From Eledone cirrhosa (lineage: Eukaryota): a stretch of 64,000 nucleotides of DNA. Below the pieces are notes generated by a model. That model ran no database searches. It saw only the letters and a list, made by a program, of their open reading frames with translations, and was not told the origin of the DNA. Shown one piece after another: positions 25,534-41,676 of the stretch (position 1 is the stretch's first letter; each line of letters begins with the position of its first letter). The position numbers and the translations under genes are program-made. The stretch spans positions 4,650,001 to 4,714,000 of the forward strand of contig OZ024761.1 in assembly GCA_964016885.1 (NCBI GenBank), given 5' to 3'.

Positions 25534-27124
25534 TTTGTTATTTTTATTGATTTATTACTTTAAATCGAGTCAGGCAAACTATATTGTTTTAAATTATTAT
25601 TTTTTCAACCTAGCTAACTTGGGCATTTGCAATTGGAACACATGTATACTTATATATGTGTTCATCTCTCTCATATTCCCTTCTTTGAGCTACTTAATAG
25701 AAAAAGACTATTTTGAGTTTATAACTCAATCTATGATATATATATATATATATATATATAACAAAGGAAATGTGGTAAGGAACCAGATGGCCCATAACGC
25801 ACCAGAGTACTCAATACTTAGGGTAGTAGAGTGGGAAATAGGAAAAAGTATGACCCCGACGCAGAGCTCAAGCCGTTTCGACGGCTATTTCTGGACTCAC
25901 AGAAATAGCCGTCTAAACGGCTTGAGCTCTGCCGTCGGGGTCATACTTTTTTCCTATATATATATATTTATATATATATAGTGAAAAATGGAACGGGAAC
26001 AAAACAGAGAGGCAGTACGAACAAAGGTTTATTAGTTTCACGCTCTTGAGAGTGGGGGGGACGACGACATTTCGGGCATAAGCCCTTCTTCAGGCGAAAA
26101 GTGTGTGGGAAGAGAGTTCCAAGGGTGTGTAGGGGAGTGGGGGTGAGACATTTAGAAAAGAGGGGGTGAGAAGAAACGGTGGAAATGGTACAAATGAAAA
26201 GAAATATGAAAAGAAATATGAAAAAATAATAATAAAAATAAAAATAAACATGAAGATAAACAACTGGTGGAAGGATGTGGGGCATGTAGGGGTGGTGGCG
26301 GGTGGAGTGGGGAGAGGGAGGCGGGGTGTCCGAGCGGGGAGGGCTGAAGGTGGTTTGTGTGTGTAGGTGCACGTGTGTGTGTGTGTGAATGTGAGAGTTG
26401 GGGGAAGAACGGGGTTCCATTTTCAGGAAAAGGTGTGTGTGGGGTGGGGTGTAGGTTGGTGTGTGTGTGCGTGTGTGGATGGGGGAAGGGTCATGGGGTG
26501 GGAGATGGGGGGGGGGGGGGGATTCCGGAGGCTGAGTGTGTAAATATGTGGGGGTACGCACGTGTGTGTGGTGTTTATACTTATTGTGGATGTAGGTGGC
26601 GTGTAAGAATTTTTTTTTATATATATATATATATATATGTAGGAGGTGAGTTTTATTGTAGCACAATGAAGCAATGCAAATATCGGATAAGTAGCACTCA
26701 ACAGTTTATAGGACCGGAGTATAAATAATATAAAATCAAAAGATGGTTAAAAGAGTTCCATGTATTTTATTATGCGCATTTCAAAAACAATGGGATGATA
26801 TTTGCGTTCTCATCAGATAAATTAGGGAAGACAGTGTTTCTCAGTATTAGAATATGAGACAGCGTTTCTCAGTATTAAAGGTTATCTCTCTCTCTCTCAT
26901 TTTCTCCTCTCTCATCCTTCCTTCTTATACTCCTCCTCCGTCATCCTTTTCTTATTAATATATTTTTTTCTTCTATCTATATTTTTTCTTCCTCTTCCTT
27001 ACCTTTTCTTTCCCCCTTTCATTTCTTTTTCCAATCTCATATATCCATCTTATTTAATTTTTCATATGTTGATGTAACACTTCACTGCTCGCAAGTGTTT
27101 TTTAAGCTTCATATCATGTCTCCC

Positions 27125-27195
27125 TATTTTATCTGATGAGAACGCAAATATCATCCCATGATGATATTTCTTTTTGAAATGCGCATAATAAAATA
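27125..27195 (+). ncRNA. Type-I hammerhead ribozyme motif; inverted copy at 26763-26824
   Basis: tattttat-CTGATGA-(aaatatcatc/gatgatattt)-GAAA-tgcgca-TA-ataaaata. Confidence 0.75.
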
Positions 27196-27226
27196 CATGG
27201 AATCCTTTTAAACATCTTTTGCTTTT

Positions 27227-27258
<32 letters not shown>

Positions 27259-27266
27259 ACTTACAC

Positions 27267-27423
<157 letters not shown>

Positions 27424-27449
27424 CATACATACATACGTATACATACACA

Positions 27450-30400
27450 CATTAGCCCAGAGGCTCATTAGACTAGAGACTAATTAGCCAAGAGACTCAT
27501 CAATTCAGAGATACATTAGACCAGAGATTCATTAGACCAGAGAATAATTAGACCAGAGACTCGTTAGACCAGAGACTCATTAGACCAGAGATACATTAGA
27601 CCAGAGATTCATTAGACCAGAGATTCATTAGACCAGAGACTCATTAGACCAGAGATACATTAGACCAGAGATTCATTAGACCAGAGACTCATTAGACCAG
27701 AGACTAATTAGAGCAGTGACTCATCAGAGAAGAGACTCATTAGACCAGAAACTCATTAGACCAGAGACTCATTAGACCAGAAACTCATTAGACCATAGAT
27801 TCATTAGACCAGACATTCATTAGACCAGATGCTCATTAGACCAGAGACTAATTAGACCAGACACTCATTAGACCAGAGACTCATTAGACCAGAGTCTCAT
27901 TAGAACAGAGATTCATTAGACCAGAGACTAATTAGACCAGAGGCTCATTAGACCAGATATTCATTATACCAGAGACTCATTAGACAATAGACTCATTAGA
28001 CCAGAGTCTCATTAGAACAGAGACTCATTAGACCAGAGAATCATTAGACTAGAGACTCATTATACCAGAGATACATTAGACCAGAGATTCATTAGACCAG
28101 AGACTCATTAGACCAGAGATACATTAGACCAGAGACTAATTACACCAGAGACTCATTAGAACAGAGATTCATTAGACCAGAGACTCATTAGACCAGAGAC
28201 TAATTAGACCAGAGGCTCATTAGACCAGAGATTCATTATACCAGAGACTCATTAGACCAGAGACTCATTAGACCAGAGTCTCATTAGAACAGAGACTCAT
28301 TAGACCAGAGACTCATTAGACCAGAGACTAATTAGACCAGAGGCTCATTAGACCAGAGATTCATTAGACCAGAGACTCATTAGACCAGAGAAAAATTAGA
28401 CCAGAGAATCATTAGACTAGAGACTCATTATACCAGAGATACATTAGACCAGAGATTCATTAGACCAGAGACTCATTAGACCAGAGATACATTAGACCAG
28501 AGACTAATTAGACCAGAGACTCATTAGACCAGAGACTAATTAGACCAGAGGCTCATTAGACCAGAGATTCATTATACCAGAGACTCATTAGACCAGAGAC
28601 TCATTAGACCAGAGTCTCATTAGAACAGAGACTCATTAGACCAGAGGCTCATTAGACCAGAGATTCATTAGACCAGAGACTCATTAGACCAGAGAAACAT
28701 TAGACCAGAGAATCATTAGACTAGAGACTCATTATACCAGAGACTCATTAGACCAGAGACTAATTAGACCAGAGGCTCATTAGACCAGAGATTCATTATA
28801 CCAGAGACTCATTAGACCAGAGTCTCAATCGAACAGAGACTCATTAGACCAGAGACTCATTAGACCAGAGACTAATTAGACCAGAGTCTCATTAGACCAG
28901 AGATTCATTAGACCAGAGACTCATTAGACCAGAGAAACATTAGACCAGAGAATCATTAGACTAGAGAATCATTATACCAGAGATACATTAGACCAGAGAT
29001 TCATTAGACCAGAGACTCATTAGACCAGAGATACATTAGACCAGAGACTAATTAGACCAGAGACTCATTAGACCAGAGACTCATTAGACCAGAGGCTCAT
29101 TAGACCAGAGATTCATTAGATCAGAGGCTCATTAGAACAGACACTAATTAGACGAGAGACTCATTAGACAAGAGACTAATTAGACCAGAAACTAATTAGA
29201 CCAGAGACTAATTAGACCAGAGACTCATTAGACTAGAGTCTCATTAGACGAGAGATTCATTAAACCAGAAACTCATTAGACCAGAGACTCATTAGACCAG
29301 AGACTCATTAGACCAGAGTCTAATTAGACCAGAAACTCATTAAACCAGAGATTCATTAGACCAGAGATTCATTAGACGAGAGGCTCATTAGACCAGAGAA
29401 TAATTAGACCAGAGACTCATTGGACCAAAAACTCATTAGACCAGAGACTAATTAGACCAGAGACTCATTAAACCAGAGATTCATTAGACCAGAGATTCAT
29501 TAGACCAGAGGCTCATTAGACCAGAGACTAATTAAACCAGAGAATTATTAGACCAGAGATTGATTAGACCAGAGATTCATTAGATCAGAGGCTCATTTGA
29601 CCAGATACTAATTAGACCAGGGACTCATTATACCAGAGACTCATTAGACCAGAGTCTCTTTAGAACAGAGATTCATTAGACCAGAGACTAATTTGACAAG
29701 AGATTCATCATTAGACCAGATACATCATTTGACCAGAGATTAATTAGACCAGAGACTGTTTAGATCAGAGACTCAGTAGACCAGAGTCTCATTAGAACAG
29801 AGGCTCATTAGACAAGAGATTCATTAGACCAGAGACTCATTAGACCAGAGATTCATTAGATCAGAGGCTCATTATAACAGACACTAATTAGACGAGAGAC
29901 TCATTAGACAAGAGACTAATTAGACCAGAAACTAATTAGACCAGAGACTAATTAGACCAGAGACTCATTAGACTAGAGACTCATTAGACGAGAGATTCAT
30001 TAAACCAGAAACTCATTAGACCAGAGACTCATTAGACCAGAGACTCATTAGACCAGAGTCTAATTAGACCAGAAACTCATCAAACCAGAGATTCATTAGA
30101 CCAGAGATTCATTAGACGAGAGGCTCATTAGACCAGAGAATAATTAGACCAGAGACTCATTGGACCAAAAACTCATTAGACCAGAGACTAATTAGACCAG
30201 AGACTCATTAAACCAGAGATTCATTAGACCAGAGATTCATTAGACCAGAGGCTCATTAGACCAGAGACTAATTAGACAAGAGACTCCTTAGACCAGAGAC
30301 TAATTAGACCAGAGACTCTTTAGACCAGAGACTCATTAGACAAGATATTCTTTAGACCAGAGACTCATTAGACCAGAGATTCATTAGACCAGAGATTCAT

Positions 30401-33400
30401 TAGACCATAGATTCATTAGACCAGAGATTCATTAGACCAGAGGCTCATTAGAACAGAGACTAATTAGATCAGAGACTCATTAGACAAGAGACTAATTAGA
30501 CCAGAGACTCATTAGACTAGAGACTCATTAGACCAGAGATTCCTTAGACAAGAGATTCATTAGACCAGAGACTCATTAGACCAGATATTCATTAGACCGG
30601 AGGCTCATTAGACCAGAGACTCATTAGACCAGAGACTAATTAGACCAGAGACTCATTAGACCAGAGACTTATTAGACCATAAACTTATTAGACAAGAGAC
30701 TAATTAGACCAGAGACACATTAGACTAAAGACTCATTACACCAGAGATTCATTAGACCAGAAACTCATTAGACCAGAGACTAATTAGACCAGAGATTCAT
30801 TAGACCAGAAACTCATTAGACCGGAGACTAATTAGACCAGAGACTCATTAGACCAGAGATTCATTATACCAGAGACTCATTAGACCAGAGTCTCATTAGA
30901 ACAGAGTCTCATTAGACCAGAGACTCATTAGACCAGAGACTAATTAGACCAGAGTCTCATTAGACCAGAGATTCATTAGACCAGAGACTCATTAGACCAG
31001 AGAAACATTAGACCAGAGAATCATTATACCAGAGATACATTAGACCAGAGATTCATTAGACCAGAGACTCATTAGACCAGAGATACATTAGACCAGAGAC
31101 TAATTAGACCAGAGACTCATTAGACCAGAGACTCATTAGACCAGAGGCTCATTAGACCAGAGATTCATTACACAAGAGGCTCATTAGACCAGAGATTCAT
31201 TTGACCAAAGATTCATTAGACCAGAGCCTCATTAGACAAGAGCCTCATTAGACAAGAGATTCATTAGACCAGGGGTTCATTAGACCAGAGACTCATTAGA
31301 CCAGAGACACAGTAGACCAGAGATTCATTAGACCAGAGGCTCATTACACAAGAGACTCAGTAGACCAGAGATTCATTAGACCAGAGACTCATTAGACCAG
31401 AGACTAATTACACCAGAGATTCATTAGACCAGAGATTCACTAGACCAGAGGTTCATTAGACCAGCGACTCATTAGACCAGAGATTCATTAGACCAGAGAC
31501 TCATTAGACCAGAGATTCATTAGACCAGAGGCTCATTAGAACAGAGATTCATTAGACCAGAGGCTCATTAGACAAAATATTCATTAGACCAGAGACCCAT
31601 TAGACCAGAGATTTATTAGACCAGAGATTCATTAGACCGGAGATTCATTAGACCAGATGCTCATTAGAACAGAGACTAATTAGACCAGAGGCTCATTAGA
31701 CAAAATATTCATTAGACCAGAGACCCATTAGACCAGAGATTCATTAGACTAGAGATTCATTAGACAAGAGATTTATTACACCAGAAACTCATTAGACCAG
31801 AGACTAATTAGACCAGAGATTCATTAGACCAGAGGTTCATGTTACCAGAGGCTCATTAGAACAGAGATTCATTAGACCAGAGGCTCATTAGACAAAATAT
31901 TCATTAGACCAGAGACCCATTAGACCAGAGATTCATTAGACCAGAGATTCATTAGACCGGAGGCTCATTAGACCAGAGACTAATTATACCAGAGACTCAT
32001 TATACCAGAGACTCATTAGACCAGAGACTCATTAGAACAGAGACTCATTAGACTAGAGATTCATTAGACAAGAGATTTATTACACCAGAAACTCATTAGA
32101 CCAGAGACTAATTAGACCAGAGATTCATTAGACCAGAGGTTCATGTTACCAGAGACTCATTAGACCAGAGACTCATTAGACCAGAGTCTCATTAGACCAG
32201 AGATTCATTAGACCAGAGGCTCATTAGACCAGAGACTAATTAGACCAGAGACTCATTAGACCAGAGACTCATTAGACCAGAAATTCATTAGACCAGAGGC
32301 TCATTAGCCCAGAGAGTAATTAGACAAGAGATTCATCATTAGACCAGATACATCATTAGACAAGAGACTCATTAGACCAGAGACTATTTAGACCAGAGAC
32401 TCATTAGACCAGAGACTCATTAGACCATAAACTCATTAGATAAGAGACTAATTAGACCAGAGCCTCATTAGACTAGAGACTCATTAGGCAAGAGATTCAT
32501 TACACCAGAAACTCATTAGACCAGAGACTAATTAGACCAGACATTCATTAGACCAGAGGTTCATTTTACCAGAGATACATTAGACCAGAGACTCATTAGA
32601 CCAGAGTCTCATTAGACCAGAGATTCATTAGACCAGAGGCTCATTAGAACAGAGATTCATTAGACCAGAGGCTCATTAGCCCAGAGAGTAATTAGACACG
32701 AGATTCATCATTAGACCAGATACATCATTAGACCAGATTCATCATTAGACCAGAGACTATTTAGACCAGAGACTCATTAGATCAGAGCCTCATTAGACCA
32801 GAGACTCATTAGGCCAGAGTCTCATTAGAACATAGATTCATTAGACCAGATACTCAATAGACCAGAGACTAATTAGACCAGAGGCTCATTAGACCAGAGA
32901 CTAATTAGACCAGAGACTCGTTAGAACAGAGACTCATTATACCAGAGACTAATTAGACCAATGACTCATCAGACCAGAGACGCATTAGACCAGAGACTCA
33001 TTAGACCAGAGACTAATTAGACCAGAGACTCATTAAACCAGAGATTCATTAGACCAGAGATTCATTAGACCAGAGATTCATTCAACCAGAGATTCATTAG
33101 ACCCGAGGCTCATTAGACCTGAGACTAATTAGACCAGAGACTCATTAGACCAGAGACTCATTAGACCAGAGATTCATTAGACCAGAGGCTCATTAGACCA
33201 GAGACTAATTAAACCAGAGAATTATTAGACCAGAGATTGATTAGACCAGAGATTCATTAGACCAGAGGCTCATTTGACCAGATACTAATTAGACCAGGGA
33301 CTCATTATACCAGAGACTCATTAGACCAGAGTCTCTTTAGAACAGAGATTCATTAGACCAGAGACTAATTTGACAAGAGATTCATCATTAGACCAGATAC

Positions 33401-36400
33401 ATCATTTGACCAGAGATTAATTAGACCAGAGACTGTTTAGATCAGAGACTCATTAGACCAGAGTCTCATTAGAACAGAGGCTCATTAGACAAGAGATTCA
33501 TTAGACCAGAGACTCATTAGACCAGAGATTCATTAGATCAGAGGCTCATTAGAACAGACACTAATTAGACGAGAGACTCATTAGACAAGAGACTAATTAG
33601 ACCAGAAACTAATTAGACCAGAGACTAATTAGACCAGAGACTCATTAGACTAGAGTCTCATTAGACGAGAGATTCATTAAACCAGAAACTCATTAGACCA
33701 GAGACTCATTTGACCAGAGACTCATTAGACCAGAGTCTAATTAGACCAGAAACTCATTAAACCAGAGATTCATTAGACCAGAGATTCATTAGACGAAAGG
33801 CTCATTAGACCAGAGAATAATTAGACCAGAGACTCATTGGACCAAAAACTCATTAGACCAGAGACTAATTAGACCAGAGACTCATTAAACCAGAGATTCA
33901 TTAGACCAGAGATTCATTAGACCAGAGGCTCATTAGACCAGAGACTAATTAAACCAGAGAATTATTAGACCAGAGATTGATTAGACCAGAGATTCATTAG
34001 ACCAGAGGCTCATTTGACCAGATACTAATTAGACCAGGGACTCATTATACCAGAGACTCATTAGACCAGAGTCTTTTTAGAACAGAGATTCATTAGACCA
34101 GAGACTAATTTGACAAGAGATTCATCATTAGACCAGATACATCATTTGACCAGAGATTAATTAGACCAGAGACTGTTTAGATCAGAGACTCATTAGACCA
34201 GAGTCTCATTAGAACAGAGGCTCATTAGACAAGAGATTCATTAGACCAGAGACTCATTAGACCAGAGATTCATTAGATCAGAGGCTCATTATAACAGACA
34301 CTAATTAGACGAGAGACTCATTAGACAAGAGACTAATTAGACCAGAAACTAATTAGACCAGAGACTAATTAGACCAGAGACTCATTAGACTAGAGACTCA
34401 TTAGACGAGAGATTCATTAAACCAGAAACTCATTAGACCAGAGACTCATTAGACCAGAGACTCATTAGACCAGAGTCTAATTAGACCAGAAACTCATCAA
34501 ACCAGAGATTCATTAGACCAGAGATTCATTAGACGAGAGGCTCATTAGACCAGAGAATAATTAGACCAGAGACTCATTGGACCAAAAACTCATTAGACCA
34601 GAGACTAATTAGACCAGAGACTCATTAAACCAGAGATTCATTAGACCAGAGATTCATTAGACCAGAGGCTCATTAGACCAGAGACTAATTAGACAAGAGA
34701 CTCCTTAGACCAGAGACTAATTAGACCAGAGACTCTTTAGACCAGAGACTCATTAGACAAGATATTCTTTAGACCAGAGACTCATTAGACCAGAGATTCA
34801 TTAGACCAGAGATTCATTAGACCATAGATTCATTAGACCAGAGATTCATTAGACCAGAGGCTCATTAGAACAGAGACTAATTAGATCAGAGACTCATTAG
34901 ACAAGAGACTAATTAGACCAGAGACTCATTAGACTAGAGACTCATTAGACCAGAGATTCCTTAGACAAGAGATTCATTAGACCAGAGACTCATTAGACCA
35001 GATATTCATTAGACCGGAGGCTCATTAGACCAGAGACTCATTAGACCAGAGACTAATTAGACCAGAGACTCATTAGACCAGAGACTTATTAGACCATAAA
35101 CTTATTAGACAAGAGACTAATTAGACCAGAGACACATTAGACTAAAGACTCATTACACCAGAGATTCATTAGACCAGAAACTCATTAGACCAGAGACTAA
35201 TTAGACCAGAGATTCATTAGACCAGAAACTCATTAGACCGGAGACTAATTAGACCAGAGACTCATTAGACCAGAGACTAATTAGACAAGGGACTCATTAG
35301 ACCAGAGACTCATTAGACCAGAGACTAATTAGACCAGAGACTCATTAGACCAGAGACTCATTAGGCCAGAGTCTCATTAGACCAGATTCTAATTAGACCA
35401 GAGGTTCATTAGACCAGAGACTCATTAGACCAGAGATTCATTAGACCAGAGATTCATTAGACCAGAGGCTCATTAGATCAGAGACTCATTAGACCAGAGA
35501 CTCATTAGACCAGAGACTAATTAGACCAGAGATTCATTAGACCATAGATTCATTAGACCAGAGACTCATTAGACCAGAGATTCATTAGACCATAGATTCA
35601 TTAGACAAGAGACTCATTAGACCAGAAACTCATTAGATCATAGATTCATTAGACCAGAGATTCATTTGACCAGGGGGTCATTAGACCAGATACTAATTAG
35701 ACGAGGGACTCATTATACCAGAGACTCATTAAACCAGAGTCTCTTTAGAACAGGGATTCATTAGACCAGAGACTAATTTGACAAGAGATTCATCATTAGA
35801 CCAGATACATCATTTGACCAGAGACTAATTAGACCAGAGACTGTTTAGATCAGAGACTCATTAGACCAGAGTCTCATTAGAACAGAGGCTCATTAGACAA
35901 GAGATTCATTAGACCAGAGTCTCATTAGACCAGAGATTCATTAGATCAGAGGCTCATTAGAACAGACACTAATTAGACGAGAGACTCATTAGACAAGAGA
36001 CTAATTAGACCAGAAACTAATGAGACCAGAGACTAATTAGACCAGAGATTCATTAGACCAGAGATTCATTAGACGAGAGGCTCATTAGACCAGAGAATAA
36101 TTAGACCAGAGACTCATTAGACCAAAAACTCATTAGACCAGAGACTAATTAGACCAGAGACTCATTAAACCAGAGATTCATTAGACCAGAGATTCATTTG
36201 ACCAGAGGCTCATTAGACCAGAGACTAATTAGACAAGAGACTCCTTAGACCAGAGACTAATTAGACCAGAGACTCTTTAGACCAGAGACTCATTAGACAA
36301 GATATTCTTTAGACCAGAGACTCATTAGACCAGAGATTCATTAGACCAGAGATTCATTAGACCATAGATTCATTAGACCAGAGATTCATTAGACCAGAGG

Positions 36401-39192
36401 CTCATTAGAACAGAGACTAATTAGATCAGAGACTCATTAGACAAGAGACTAATTAGACCAGAGACTTATTAGACTAGAGACTCATTAGACCAGAGATTCC
36501 TTAGACAAGAGTTTCATTAGACCAGAGACTCATTAGACCAGATATTCATTAGACCGGAGGCTCATTAGACCAGAGACTCATTAGACCAGAGACTAATTAG
36601 ACCAGAGACTCATTAGACCAGAGACTTATTAGACCATAAACTTATTAGACAAGAGACTAATTAGACCAGAGACTCATTAGACTAAAGACTCATTAGACCA
36701 GAGATTCATTAGACCAGAAACTCATTAGACCAGAGACTAATTAGACCAGAGATTCATTAGACCAGAAACTCATTAGACCGGAGACTAATTAGACCAGAGA
36801 CTCATTAGACCAGAGACTAATTAGACAAGGGACTCATTAGACCAGAGACTCATTAGACCAGAGACTCACTAGACCAGAGACTAATTAGACCAGAGATTCA
36901 TTAGACCATAGATTCATTAGACCAGAGACTCATTAGACCAGAGATTCATTAGACCATAGATTCATTAGACAAGAGACTCATTAGACCAGAAACTCATTAG
37001 ATCATAGATTCATTAGACCAGAGATTCATTTGACCAGGGGGTCATTAGACCAGATACTAATTAGACGAGGGACTCATTATACCAGAGACTCATTAAACCA
37101 GAGTCTCTTTAGAACAGGGATTCATTAGACCAGAGACTAATTTGACAAGAGATTCATCATTAGACCAGATACATCATTTGACCAGAGACTAATTAGACCA
37201 GAGACTGTTTAGATCAGAGACTCATTAGACCAGAGTCTCATTAGAACAGAGGCTCATTAGACAAGAGATTCATTAGACCAGAGTCTCATTAGACCAGAGA
37301 TTCATTAGATCAGAGGCTCATTAGAACAGACACTAATTAGACGAGAGACTCATTAGACAAGAGACTAATTAGACCAGAAACTAATGAGACCAGAGACTAA
37401 TTAGACCAGAGATTCATTAGACCAGAGATTCATTAGACGAGAGGCTCATTAGACCAGAGAATAATTAGACCAGAGACTCATTAGACCAAAAACTCATTAG
37501 ACCAGAGACTAATTAGACCAGAGACTCATTAAACCAGAGATTCATTAGACCAGAGATTCATTTGACCAGAGGCTCATTAGACCAGAGACTAATTAGACAA
37601 GAGACTCCTTAGACCAGAGACTAATTAGACCAGAGACTCTTTAGACCAGAGACTCATTAGACAAGATATTCTTTAGACCAGAGACTCATTAGACCAGAGA
37701 TTCATTAGACCAGAGATTCATTAGACCATAGATTCATTAGACCAGAGATTCATTAGACCAGAGGCTCATTAGAACAGAGACTAATTAGATCAGAGACTCA
37801 TTAGACAAGAGACTAATTAGACCAGAGACTTATTAGACTAGAGACTCATTAGACCAGAGATTCCTTAGACAAGAGTTTCATTAGACCAGAGACTCATTAG
37901 ACCAGATATTCATTAGACCGGAGGCTCATTAGACCAGAGACTCATTAGACCAGAGACTAATTAGACCAGAGACTCATTAGACCAGAGACTTATTAGACCA
38001 TAAACTTATTAGACAAGAGACTAATTAGACCAGAGACTCATTAGACTAAAGACTCATTAGACCAGAGATTCATTAGACCAGAAACTCATTAGACCAGAGA
38101 CTAATTAGACCAGAGATTCATTAGACCAGAAACTCATTAGACCGGAGACTAATTAGACCAGAGACTCATTAGACCAGAGACTAATTAGACAAGGGACTCA
38201 TTAGACCAGAGACTCATTAGACCAGAGACTCACTAGACCAGAGACTAATTAGACCAGAGACTCATTAGACCAGAGACTCATTAGGCCAGAGTCTCATTAG
38301 ACCAGAGTCTAATTAGACCAGAGGCTCATTAACCAGAGACTCATTAGACCAGAGATTCATTAGACCAGAGATTCATTAGACCAGAGGCTCATTAGACCAG
38401 AGACTCATTAGACCAGAGGCTCATTAGACCAGAGACTCATTAGACCAGAGACTAATTAGACCAGAGATTCATTAGACCATAGATTCATTAGACCAGAGAC
38501 TCATTAGACCAGATATTCATTAGACCATAGATTTATTAGACAAGAGACTCATTAGACCAGAAACTCATTAGACCATAGATTCATTAGACCAGAGATTCAT
38601 TTGACCAGGGGGTCATTAGACCAGATACTAATTAGACCAGAGACTCATTAGACCAGAGACTCATTAGACCAGAGCCTCCTTAGACCAGAGATTCATTAGA
38701 CCAGAGATTTATTAGACCAGAGGCTCATTAGACCAGAGACTAATTATACCAGATAATCATTATACCAGAGACTCATTAGACCAGAGCTACCTTAGACCAG
38801 AGATTCATTAGACCAGAGATTCATTAGATCAGAGGCTCATTAGACCAGAGACTAATTAGACCAGAGATTCATTAGAACAGAGGCTCATTAGACCAGAGAA
38901 TAATTAGACCAGAGACTCATTAGATCAGAGTCTCATTAGACCAGAGATTCATTAGACTAAAGGCTTATTAGACCAGAGACTCATTAGACCAGAGACTGTG
39001 TAGACCAGAGACTAATTAGACCAGAGATTCATTAGACCAGAAACTCATTAGACCAGATATTCATTAGACTAGAGGCTCATTAGACCACTGACTCATTAGA
39101 CCAGAGACTCAGTAGACCAGAGACTCAGCAGACCAGAGATTCATTAGACCAGAAACTCATTAGACTAGAAATTTATTAGACCAGAGACTAAT
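27450..39192. repeat. 11.7-kb satellite of a 16-bp unit (cattagaccagagact) with higher-order duplications
   Basis: Continuous tandem array, roughly 730 units by length; variant blocks recur. Confidence 0.98.
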
Positions 39193-39194
39193 GT

Positions 39195-39590
39195 CAACTT
39201 AATGTTCCTTATTTCATCTGACCGAAAAGTGATGAAAAGTTCATGCTCTCCCAAACATTAAGGCAAGTCAGTCAATCATATTGGTGACCTCCCCACAGCC
39301 CCGGCGGACAGAATGGAGAAGGCGTTTCCCCGGAGGACGGCAAGCGAGACGCACTGGATAAGCCATTCTAGCTCGCGGGGCTCCACCTGCGGCTGGCCAG
39401 CTCAGCGCTTATGGTGGTGAGTAGGGAGGTAGCCTTAGGGCCGAGGACACCAGAAGTCTCCACTGCCAAGGGTACAACCACAAACCTGTCGGAGAGCGAC
39501 CGGTATTTGAAGAGTTTGGCCTCCTCAGCCCGACGTGCAGCAGAACCCGGGTTAATCGCAGACTGCACCAGGTTGCGGCTGGAGAAAGTA
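39195..39590 (-). mobile_element. CRE-like non-LTR retrotransposon 3' fragment (restriction-like endonuclease)
   Basis: PGSAARRAEEAKLFKY..L...FVVVPLAVETSGVLGP...SLAVLRGNA motif pattern; satellite units resume at 39590-39640. Confidence 0.75.
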
Positions 39591-40123
39591 AAGAGACTAA
39601 TTAGCCCAGAGATTCATTAGACCAGAAACTCATTAAGCCGGAGCTTATCTGGGTTTCACTGGTTAACCTGCTGTTGAATGAATGAAGCCAAGTGAAATGA
39701 AGTGTTTTGTTCAAGAACACAACGTGCGTTCGCTCCCCCACCTGGCTCGGGGAATCGAACCAACGCTCTAACCTCGTCAACGTGATAAGCCCGGAACATG
39801 AATATATGAAGAAGCCGGTGCTTCAAATAAGTTTAGATGAAAAGGTCAAGAGTTGAAATAAAAAAAAGAAGAGGTGGAAAGAGGCAGTAAAGAAGGGTTA
39901 GTGGGGAACATCCCATGATACAGGCTGCTTAGATACTCATTCACCGAGAAACTAACACAATACTTTCTATACAGTTGTATAGAACACACTTAATTTTGAA
40001 TGGAAAAAGACAGAATAAAGGAGGAAATGTTTAGCCATCCGCAACAATGTAAATTAGATTGTCAACGAACATTTCCATACAGTCACACCAAAGTACAACG
40101 CACCCACCGACATTTGCATAGAT

Positions 40124-40189
<66 letters not shown>

Positions 40190-41658
40190 ACACAGACATA
40201 CACGCACACACACACACAAACACAGACACACAAACAGACACAGATACACACACACACAAACACACAGACATACATACACACACACACACACACAGACTCA
40301 CAAACACACACAGATATACAGACACACAAACACAGAGACACACAAACACACAGAGACACACAAACACACACACACACATATATATTCGCTAGTACAAGCA
40401 GCCATCCACACCCGTATATTCGTCACGATATAGACATACAATTAACATCTGGATTATTATGTGAAGCATATGTGGAAGATAATCAGGTGAAGTTGATAAG
40501 AAAGAAAGAGAGGGAGATGGAAAATCACAGGCAATGGAGGGGTAGAAAATATTCCTTGCGAAGTTCCGAGGTGGAAGATGAGATGCTTATCCTTGTCTCT
40601 TAGAAAGTCGATTGAGTCATAGCGTATGGATGATAACAGAAAACATATTACTAAAGTAGTAAAGTCAGTGATTACATGTTTAATGTAGTGATCGAAAAAG
40701 TCCCTTCATCAGGGTTTAAGGAACTTTCAGTAGATAATGTTCCTGTTTCCTTTCTTTGGGATAAAATTTTGATTTTTGATTTACATTTTATCTAAGTCGT
40801 TTTCAAGCGTTTTTTTAAAATGGTTATTGAATGACGTCAATTGCCAATATAGTATTTCATGAAATCAATTTTCTTTTGTATGAAATGTTTACTTTGTGAG
40901 CCTGTTGGTGTGTCTTTATATGTCAAGTACAGTGTGCTGAGTTCTAATCTTATTCATTTGTGGGTTGAATCTATGTATGAGCAGGGCTTCCTTAATTCTT
41001 AAATTGCCCACTTTCTGTCTCCAGCTTCAATACTGACAGTAATATGTTTGTTGATGCTTCTACATTTTTTAATGTGTTTTTTTATATAACATTATTTATA
41101 TAACACACAGGGCGGTGAATTGGCAGTATCGGTAGAGGGACGGACACCATGCTTTGACGCATAGAGTTACGACCCATTCCATTCTCGGTTCAAATCCCGC
41201 CGAGGTTAACTTTGCCTTTCATCCTTACAGGGTCGATAAAATAAAGTACCTGTAATGCACTGAGATAATTGCTGGCCTTGTGCCAATAGAAGAAACAATT
41301 ATTTATATAACACATAAAACAGAAGGTGCGTGGCTTAGTGGTTGAAGAATTGGATTCGCAATCGTGAGGAAGCGAGTTCGATTCTCGGATCGGGCGATGG
41401 ATTATGTCCTTAAACAAGAAACTTTATATCCCGTTGCTCTATCTGTCAGGAGTTGAGACTGACAGATAGTATCAGCAATTGAAAGATCAATGGAAACATT
41501 GTTTCCTCGGTCCGATTTGACGAGGTCCCCCCCCCCCCCCCTCCCACCTAGAAAGCGAATGAGGTCTAGGATCTTGTCGATCACATAAAACAACAACAAA
41601 GATAGAAAATGAAGAAATGAAAGAGAAAATAGCTTCCCCGAGGAGCTTCAGTACTTAC

Positions 41659-41676
41659 CTGTTTCTTATCTTCCAT
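41659..41676 (-). CDS. Candidate distal first coding exon of the SLC6 gene (MEDKKQ)
   Basis: acgATGG start context, consensus CAG|GTAAGT donor, phase 0, in a non-repetitive island. Confidence 0.55.
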
